A stretch of 23,194 nt of DNA, taken from positions 1-23,194 of the forward strand of contig CDMY01000763.1 of the NCBI GenBank assembly GCA_001179505.1. Reading direction: 5' to 3'. Every line of letters begins with the position of its first letter. Position 1 is the stretch's first letter. The notes beneath the pieces are model-generated. The model was not told where the DNA came from and ran no database searches. It saw only the letters and a program-made list of their open reading frames with translations. The DNA comes from Vitrella brassicaformis CCMP3155 (lineage: Eukaryota > Protista > Chromerida). Both the position numbers and the translations under genes were made by a program. Shown here piece by piece: positions 1 to 9,126 of the stretch.

Positions 1-94
1 GCAACACTCCATCAGCTGCAGACATATGCAGGACACATGGATGGAAGGGTATGTCTGTCTGTGTCTCTTTATGGTGTGTCTTTGTGTTGTGTAG

Positions 95-1284
95 ACTTGT
101 CGTCTGCCAAGGAGGAACTCGAGAAGCCATGCGACAAGAAATGTACGCAAGACAGCCAGACAGACAGACGGACTCTGCTGTCCATGTGCTCTCACTGCTT
201 GTGTCTCGATACACACACTCACATCGACATGTCTATCTGCCTGTCTGTGTGTCTGTCTGTCTGTGTGCAGCCGAGGCGTCTGCGATATCTGTGTCGTTGT
301 CATCGGTCGAGAGCGGCCGTCGCCCGCCGCCTTTGTGCCCCATGAGCAGACTCGGCAAAGTCAGACTCCTCGCCAACCCAGACACCACACGAAGACACAT
401 CGATGTCAGTCAGTCGATCAGACACACAATATAATAAGGCAAACAGAGGGAGGACAGATCAGATTGTGAGTGCAGGTCAGTGCCGAGCTGCGTGACGGCG
501 AGTTCGCTTTGTATCGACGCAAAGAGCCGGTCGTCAGATACCAAACCGGCATCATCAACATGCCCATCCAGGTCATCGCACACCCACACACAGATGGACA
601 GACAGAGCTCTGTCCATCTGTGTCTGTGTGTCAGAGTTTGCCCGACACGCACAAGTGTTTCGAGATCGATTACATGGGCGAGAGGCAGGGAATCTGCACA
701 CACGACACAGGAAGCGTACAAAAACACACAAACACACACAAACACACACAAACACACACACACACACACAAATGCATGTCTAAAGTGGACACATCGATGT
801 GTGTGTGCTGGTCATTCATGTGTCAATCAGCGCGACGCGTGGATGGATGCGCTGACTGAGGCGTGGGCGTGTGAAAACTATGGCATCGTCGCAATTCTGT
901 CGTCAGTCGACGCAGCCAAGACAGGCAACCAATGCAGCCCAGCACACATGACACACAGCGCATGGCTGGCTGTGTGTGTGTCAGAGGAAGCCAAGTTGGA
1001 GAGCGCTGGTAACAAGACGGTATCGGCCGCCATTCCCGAGGAGACCATCCAACACAAACAGCAAAAGGCATCATACTCCACTCCCACACGCCAACACACC
1101 ACAGAGAGAGACACGTGTCTCATGCAGGTATGTGTGCCTCTCTGTGTGTCTGTCTTGTCAGAGTGCGCTCAACGTGCGTGTGGAGGCTGACGAGGAGGGA
1201 AAACCCAAAGTGACCGTCGGGGCGCTGCCGACACACAAACCACAGCAACCAGCAGCAGCAGCAGCAGCCATGGCAGTGCGATGA
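95..1284 (+). CDS. 5'-partial multi-exon gene; PH (pleckstrin homology)-like domain protein
   Basis: Phase-consistent exons 95-142, 271-359, 476-571, 635-715, 831-~924, 985-~1019/1067, 1162-1284 (TGA). The spliced peptide GKVSAELRDGEFALYRRKEPVVRYQTGIINMPIQSLPDTHKCFEIDYMGERQGICTHDTGSRDAWMDALTEAW matches the PH pattern (LRDGE-x-x-LY strand, FEI strand, C-terminal helix with conserved Trp in RDAWMDAL). The two 3' donor sites are uncertain. The PH call is from pattern recognition, not an HMM search. Confidence 0.65.
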
Positions 1285-1641
1285 GTCAGTGAGTGAGTCG
1301 GCAGCAGCCAGCGACAAACAGAGACAGACAGACAGACAGACGGACTGGAACACTAAAATGAGTGGATACGATGAGTGAGTGTCTCCATCGACGGGCCGGC
1401 GTCTCATGAACAGCTGAAGTCAGACAAAGAAATTAAGTGCTCTGATCTGTTCCATCTACAGTCCCCATCGATATATATTGACTGTCCGTCAGTGTCCGAC
1501 CAGCGTTCATACGTTTGAGCAGGATTGGTGCCTGGGCACCAATCGCCCACATAGTGTCAGGAAAAGACAAGGCAGACCATCGTGCAGTATGTCACTGATC
1601 GAAATGAGACCAAGCAAATGCCCCGCGTCTCCCGCACGTAC

Positions 1642-4600
1642 TCACCTTTTGCCCTTCCCCCGACCCCTCCCCACCTTACCCTCCCCGTCGCCCACACCCG
1701 CCAGACCCAACTCTACTGTCTTCATCGGCTTCATCGCAACAGGCGCCCCCTCTTGACCAGCCGGCACAACTGCCGGCCCGGCTCCTGCCCCTGCCGCTGC
1801 GGCGGGAGCACCTGCTTCTGCTGCTGATGGTGGTGGATGTGCTGGCTCCTCCTCTGCCTTGGGCCGGGCAGCCGGTGGGGCAGTGGGTCGTGTTCTCGCG
1901 GCTCCCTTGCTCTTAGGTCTTGCCGCCTCCTTGGCACCTGGGCGGGCACCGCCCGACGACTTGGGCCGCGACGCGGCCGCTGAAGGGAAGAAGAGACGAG
2001 ACCGATCCTGAGATCCTTTGAATCTGTCGCTTCGTTTATGTGCTTCAAGTGGACCTGCCGCTGTTGCAGCGGCTGCAGCCGCTTGTTCCTCCTCCTGTTT
2101 GCGCGCAGCGACGGACGCCACGAAGGTGTCCAGGTTTTTCTGTCGACAGCAAGACATGACCGACGTGGTGTATGTGTAGTTGGGAGGCATCTGCGTGCTC
2201 TCACTTGTGCAGCGAGCATGAGCTGCTGTGATCCGTCTCTGGACCGCTCCGCCGAGAGGATGTCCTCCTTCAACAGCGCCATTTCTCCCTGTGCCTGCTC
2301 CTCAAATGCCTTCAAACCGTTCTCGGCACGCATCATAATCCCCTGCTGCACTCACAGAACACAACACGCAACACACAACACAAAACAGGCGGTGTCGGGA
2401 GAAGATGTGTCGCAGACTGACCTGTTTGACGCACTGCTGCTTGAGGCTGCCGAGCCGGTCCTCCATGATGCGCTTCTCCTGCTCCATCTCGGCCTTGAGC
2501 TGACGGAAGAAGAAATGATGGGCGCATGATGCATCCATAGCTGGTTCTGTCAGGGTGGAGCACCTGTCTGATGCTGGTGTCGACTTCGTGGATCTCCTGC
2601 TCAGTTATTTGTTTCTGGCGCTGGAGCTCTGCCAACTGCATGGCCGTATAGAGGAGGCAGGCAGAGATCATGACGACAGGCTGAGACATCTTCTAGTGGT
2701 GTGTGTGTCGTTAACCTGAGCTTCCAGCTGCTTGACGCGCTCCTTCTCCAGCCTGACACACCGGCACGCCAGCCATCGCGGCACCTCTGTGTCTCTCTCA
2801 GGTACGTGAGGAGAGGTGCGCGTACACGAGTGTGTCTTCGAGGTCTCTTCTCGCCTTGACCTCCTCGACCTGACTCACCTCCTTCAGCCGCCTCACCTAA
2901 AACACAACACATACACACACCTGAGTCGTCTGACTGCTGTGATATGTAGTCAGTGTGTGTACCTCTGTCACTCTCTTCTGTGCCTCTTCGAGCATGGCCT
3001 CCTTCTCCTTGAGCGTCTCGATCTGCTGCCGATACACCTCGGGCAAACGGTCACGCTGCTGCTTCACATTGCGCTCCAGCGCCTTCCTATACACACCACA
3101 ACACACCACAACACACAACGCAGCGCAAGACACAGCAGACACGGAGAGGCGTAACAGGATGGCCAGTTGTTGGTTGGTTGGTTTGTTGGTTGTTCACTTG
3201 ATGGTCATGAGATATCTGAAGTCCATGGCATTGAGCTCCAGGACGATCTTGCGGAGTATGAAGTTGACCTGCAGCAGCTCAGCCAGCGCACGACCGCTGT
3301 CGTCACTGCATACACGCGTACGCAAAAAAAAAGAGACATGCGTGTACATACATGGCGTCCACCTGCCTGCCTGACATACCCCAAGTCGTTGTCTCGGAGG
3401 CTGAGAACCTCCATGCACGTGTTGCTCTGCAGCGCCTTTGCCAACGCACAGCCCCCCGCATCCTGGTGCAGCAGGGCAGCATGTCTGTGCCATGTCTCAC
3501 CCGAGCGATCTCTGCCTACCTTAATTCTGTTGCCGCTGAGGTCGAGGGACTTCAGCGATGCATTAGACGATAACGCACCCGCGAGGGCTGAAAGAAGGCA
3601 CAAAGACCTCTGCGTCCCTCACCCCTTTCTCTCTCCCTCTCTCCCTCTGTGTATGTGTCTGTCAGGCGCCTACCCATTGCTCCATCGTTCTCGAAAGCGC
3701 AATACCGCAGGTCGAGGCGCTCCAACGTTCTGACACATATCGTCAGGCGTGCTCTTCCGCTGTGTCTCCTCCCTCCCCCCCCTGAAGTGCTACTTGTTCT
3801 GCTGGAGTGCTTCAGCGAGTTCGGCCATGCCGCTGGCCATGAGGTTGGTGTACCCCAGGTTGAGAAAGCGGATGGTGGCATTGTCCCACAGCGCACGCAA
3901 AAACTCGTAGATCCGGGAGGCCTGGGACCCAGTGCCGCCGCCCAGGTCGTTCCTCTCAAGATTCAACTCCGTCAGGCTGCCCTTGCCATGCATCACACAC
4001 ATAAACAATGAGAAGCAAATGTCCACGAATGTCTCTATATGACATGCGCTCATACCATGGATGCCTTCTGGCCACGTCGTATAGCTTTGCGGCCACGCTG
4101 TGCGACAGACCATTTGAACTAATGTCGAGTTTCTGGAACAGAACAAAACATGAAGGGCACACATACATACGAGACATGCAGGAACGAGTGTAGTGTGCGG
4201 AGGTGACCTTGATAGGCGGCTTCTTCCCCTCACACGCCATAGCCTATCACAAGCAACAAATAAAGACACGCCGGACCTTTCACACACAGAATCCTATCCC
4301 TGAGCCTGACCCACCAGCAGTAGTGCCGTGGCGCCCTCATCCATGGCCTCATTGTCGCTCAGCAACAGAATCTCCAGCCCACTCCGCGGCAGCACACGTG
4401 CCAACGCCTCGAAGCCCGCTGGCCCCAGCATGTTCGAACTCAGGTCGAGGAATACCAGAGTGGTGTTGCCCTGCAGGCCCTCTGCGAGGTGGTTTGCGCC
4501 GTCGGGCCCGATGGTGTTGGACGAGAGGTTGAGGCGGGCCAGCGTGCGATTGGTCTGCAGTACGGCCTTGAGAGGCTCCGCGCCGATGGCGCCAATGTGA

Positions 4601-5647
4601 TTGCGATGGAGGCCCGCTATGCTCGACAGATCCATTGACGTGAGGGTGCTATTACGCTGCAGGGCGCTGGGAAATGGGTGAAGAGACAGAGAGAGAGAGA
4701 GAGAGAGACGCGCTTTACTGGTGTGCGTGTGCGTGTCGTAGCGACAAGTGTGCGTGTCTCCTCACTTGAAGAGCGCCGATCCTCCCCTGTGTCCGATGTC
4801 GTTGCTGGAAACGTCAAGATGGGTCAGTCTCACGTTGCCCTCCAGCATCTGCCCCAGTATGGCCGCCCCCTCATCATGCAGCTGATTCTTTCCCACATCC
4901 AACGACTCAAACCCCTCAAACGCCTCAGCAGACCCCTCGGCAGCCACCGCCGTTTCGGTCTCTTCCGTTCCTTCCACAGCCGCCGCCTTCCTCCCCCCTC
5001 CCCTGCTGCGTGGCTTCCTGCCGTTAGAGCTCGGCAGCAGCAGGGCCAACGCAAGCGCCTTTGCGAACTCTGGCCCGCACCCTTGGTCTTTGAGCACGAT
5101 GTGCGGGGTGCGCATGGCGCCGGCCAGCCCATCAGCAAACTTCCTCTTGCGGTCCTCTGTGACGGGGATGCGCAGGTCGGTGCACTTGGCCACAAAGAGG
5201 GCTGATATGAGTACGTCCGGGAGGTGGATCAGCTGGCTCAGGGACTGCCCGCCCTTGACTGTCCACTGCAACACACATACGGACAGAGAGAAGGTGGTGG
5301 GGCCGACCAGTGGGTGCATGGTGAACACACGCAGAGAGGCACATACGTGCTCAACGAATCCATTGAAACACCTGATGGACAAACAGTGATTGCAATGGTG
5401 ATTCTTGTGTGCCTGATCTACCGGGCTGTCTGGTCTGCCTGGCTGACCTCATGAGTGTTTTCATCATGGCGGCCACATCGATAGGACTGTCCAGGAAAGA
5501 GCGCTCCGTCAGCGGCGCCTCCCCTTCCCTGTCCCCGCTGTGACGCGACGCTGCGCTTGGCGGCCTGGCTCTCACTGCCGCGGCCGCTAGAGCGCCGTGA
5601 TACTCACTCTTTGCTCGTGGCCGTCTCTGTGCGGGCGGCGTGGCCAT
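1642..5647 (-). CDS. RNI-like (NLRC3/LRRC45-type) leucine-rich-repeat protein with C-terminal coiled coil and Ala/Pro/Lys-rich tail, about 902 aa, 18 exons
   Basis: Exons (minus): 5647-5448, 5371-5347, 5265-4766, 4666-4315, 4243-4208, 4132-4056, 3976-3794, 3729-3674, 3587-3520, 3462-3380, 3305-3198, 3086-2963, 2896-2826, 2752-2716, 2635-2564, 2499-2422, 2345-2205, 2139-1642. All junctions are GT-AG and phase-compatible (2709 nt). Repeated approx. 28-aa LxxLxLxxNxI units: LTHLDVSSNDIG, LARLNLSSNTIG, LVFLDLSSNMLG, LTELNLERNDLG, LKSLDLSGNRIK, MEVLSLRDNDLG. E/K/Q/R-rich helical exons at 3086-2205. The start ATG at 5647 is the least certain element. Confidence 0.9.
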
Positions 5648-6066
5648 GGGGATTGGGACCTGATGCTCCACACACAGTTCATTTCATGAGAGACCGACAG
5701 ACTCTGCCTGCCGCTGCGCTATGAGTTATGTATTCACCTGATGCTCCTGACTGTCTTCCTGCAGAACCACCTGACGCATTCCCTCACTCGTCCTGGCGAA
5801 AGTTGATGGCGACGCAGTGGCGTGGCGACCTGGACGCCGGGCATCCATCGTTAATGCAGCGGAGAAAAGATGGCGTCGTGACGGCTAAGCTCGCACCGGG
5901 GGCAGAGTTGGGGGGAAAGATGAAACGCGCAAAAGGTGCCTCCGCCACGCACCGCGCTAACACTTCGTAACATCTGGTGAGCGCTCTGTCGGAACATCTC
6001 CTCCGGGAATGTGATGCGCTCTGGTTGTTGTCTGCAGGTCTGCAGCGGTTCGGCACACGGCTTTAG

Positions 6067-7316
6067 ATGGCATCGAATAGCAAGCAGAGGCCCACGCTGC
6101 GCACCTCTCAGAGCGCCTCGGACCTCCGTCCACATTGCCGTGCCCAGCCGCCCGTGCAGCGAGTTCCATCAGGCCATGGCTTCATCCACAGACCATCGAG
6201 GCCGCCGGCAGCCAAGGGTCCGAGCGCGATAAGAAAGAATGCACCAGCGGCGGATGGCGGGGTTGAGATACGCGCTGAGAATGACATGATTGAGTATTGT
6301 CCGATGGGTAGTTTCGAGGATCCGTCTGGGTACGCGGGTCTGGACATCTGTGATGGCGGGGTAGACGTGGCGGCGCTGCTGAGGGCGATTGAGGCGATGC
6401 CCTGGCAGGACAAGGGGAGCCCCACAGCCAAGGATAGGATGGTCGACGACGGGTGGGCAGAAGGGATACGTAAGGGACTAATAAGTGGTTCTTGCAGCAT
6501 TTGAAATGAAATGGTCATTCTGTGTGGGTATGTATGCTGAGTTCAGGTTGGATGTGTCAACGTGCTCTCTGAGTCCCGCTTCGCCTCTATCCCCCACCGC
6601 CATCTCACCGCCCTTTTCGTCGTTGTTCGCCACACCACCCACCCCCCTCTCGCCCATATCGCCCCCCGCCCTGCCGGCCATCACACACGACGAGTCTATT
6701 CTCGATGTGACCTTCGAGCTGCCCCCTCCCATGGTATCAGCTGCCGACCAGCCGGCGGCGGCGTTTGTAGATCCTTCGGGGTATGGTGGTCTCGACCTCG
6801 ACCTGTCGCCCTTTGGGATTGCGCAGCCGGCCATGGTCGGCGATGCGTCCGAGGGCGGCTGGCCGACGGGTGTGTATGAGGGGGGCCAGGCGGCCAGGCC
6901 GTCGCTGGGCGGGGCTGTAACCCCGGGGCCGGTGACGCCCGCGGCCAAGGGCACGCCCAAGTAGGACACAGCGAGCCAAACGGTCATCTCTTTTAGCTAA
7001 TGCCGACATGATGCTGCTGGCATGCAGGTTTGGGCTGACCCCTATGGTTCCCTCCCTGACGCCGCCGCCTCAGGCAGCCTCCAGGCTGGGCGCGCAAGGC
7101 TTTCTCAAATCGCGCCTCCCATCCCTCGCACCCATGGCTGGCTGCTTCTCCCCAGCGCCGCCCTTCGCATCGCCCGCACCGCCGCATGTGGTCAACATGC
7201 GCAACCCGCTGGCATCCCCTTTCCCGACACCAGCATTCATGCGGCAGCCATACACGGGCGAGGGGGGGTGGGGCGAGGGGGCGCAGGAGGTGACTGAGGA
7301 GAGCACAGAGGCGTAG
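6067..7316 (+). CDS. Ser/Pro/Thr-rich low-complexity protein of unknown function; 5' and 3' ends uncertain
   Basis: Candidate exons 6067(or 6081)-6452, 6547-6960, 7028-7316. The 6961-7027 intron is phase-2 consistent (TPK|FGLTP). A possible extra exon lies at 5765-5966. Coding status is supported by a duplicated 12-aa motif whose copies differ mostly at synonymous positions (6313-6348 vs 6764-6799). No known domain recognised. Confidence 0.6.
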
Positions 7317-7680
7317 ATTGAACAGTTGGTTGATGCGTTGATGTTTGCGCATGTGTGTATGTGCGTGAGGATGCATAGAGAGGAGAGGGTAGGTGACGCG
7401 TGAACAGATTGATGGGCATATCCACATTATTAAATGATGTATTGCTGGTTCCTCAGTCCAAACACAGAGTTTGGACCTGCTGCTGGAACGCTGCTCGTGC
7501 TCGGCAACCGCAACACCCAAACCGCCAGCGCAGCGGTTTCAGGCAGCACCCTAGGCGGCTTCCTTTCCGAGCTTGCAGATTTCAAGCAGGGAGTGTGTCG
7601 CTCTTTCATTGCTTTGGTGAATTAGCGCCTCGTGTACTCTGTTCCTCGTCGCTCGACTGACATAGACACACGGCAGCGCC

Positions 7681-9126
7681 ATGCAGCTGGGCAGCCGTCC
7701 GATGAAAACTTTGTCCCTTCAGGAGGACTACAGCCCCTACCGCCGCGTGAGCCAGGCCACAGAGCAGACGCTCTCGTCGGAGGAGGAGGATGGTGACGAA
7801 TTCGACATGATGGGCATGGGCATGGGTATGGACGGCGGACTCGGCATGGGTTTCGACCCGCATGAGCACCCCGAGCTGTTCATGGCCCTCCTGGACCCGC
7901 GGCAGCAGCTGCAGCTGCCGTTCGGCGCGGCGGCCAACTCCCCCGAGATGAAGGCGGCGCTGGTGCAGCACATGATTCAGAGCGCAGCACAGGCCAACGG
8001 CATGCACATGGGGTACAACGGCATGGGCATGGGGATGGCGGGGGTGCAAGGGCAGGGCATCAACATGGCCGGCATGATGGCACCCGAAGGCAGGACCAGG
8101 GAGAGAACCAACCACAGCAACCGAGGTGAGCTGAGGTAGCTAACACAGAACAGGAGGACGATTGACTTGTCTCCTTGTCGCGTCCAGGCGATACGGTAGG
8201 AGTTCCCAAGATGGTGACCAAGACGACCAGCGAGACAGAGGCCGGTGAGACGACTGACAACGACGCGGCCGGGGGCGGGGGTGCCAGTGACAGTAACAGT
8301 GGGATGGGGTCGGGGTCGGCCAACGGTGGCGGGTCTGCGGCGGCTGATTGCAACGCCAATGTGAGCTCGTCTTCATCCTCGGAGGGGCGGCCCAGCGGGG
8401 GCGTGTGTGCCGTCTGCCACAAGACCACCAACAAACGATGCGGCAAGTGCAAAAAGACCTTCTATTGCTCGCAGGTCGGCGGGCAGCCAGGCAAACAGGC
8501 AAACAAGACACGCCTTCATCCATTCAACGCACCCCACTGTTGTCTGTCTCTTCCTGTGTGCGTGTGTCTGTGTGTCTGTGTCTGTGCATGCAGACCTGTC
8601 AGAAGCGTCATGCGTCATCGCACCGCTTGACGTGTCACGAGTACCAGGCGCCGGCGCCCCCGACGCCGCCCGAGGAGCAGCAGGCGCCCCTGACATGGGC
8701 CGTCCTTGACGACCTGCTGCCGCCCAACGGTGGGCGGGGATGGGGCGACAGTGTCCAGCGGGACAGTGTGGAGACGTCCCTCATACTCAAGGTGGCCAGC
8801 CGGGTCACGCCGGGCTGCCACGCCTTCTTGGCCGAGGACGTCGCGGGCGAGAAGCGACTCATCACCTGGCACTTCGGTCGGTCCGTGGCGGCCACAAAAC
8901 ACAAGAGGGGATCCCAAGATGGATGGGCGGATGGATTGGTATCATGTGTACGTATGTCTGTGTGTGTGGTGAAGATATTGACGAGGATGTGTCTTATCCG
9001 TTCAACCTGTACGAGAACGCGTACGTGGCCTGGGTGCGGCCGCGGCCCTATCGCTACCTCGACGGCCGCAAGGGGGCCCGCATCACCTCCCACGACCACC
9101 CCTTCCTCGACCTCATCAAAAAATAA
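7681..9126 (+). CDS. MYND-type zinc finger protein with Met/Gly-rich N-terminus and a C-terminal putative beta/OB-like domain, at least 388 aa
   Basis: Exons 7681-8125, 8188-8474, 8594-8876, 8975-9126 (TAA), all phase-consistent GT-AG. The spliced CAVC-x7-CGKC-x5-C-x3-CQ-x6-H-x3-C (8406-8635) matches zf-MYND spacing. May extend 5' through an in-frame exon at 7457-7616. Confidence 0.85.
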
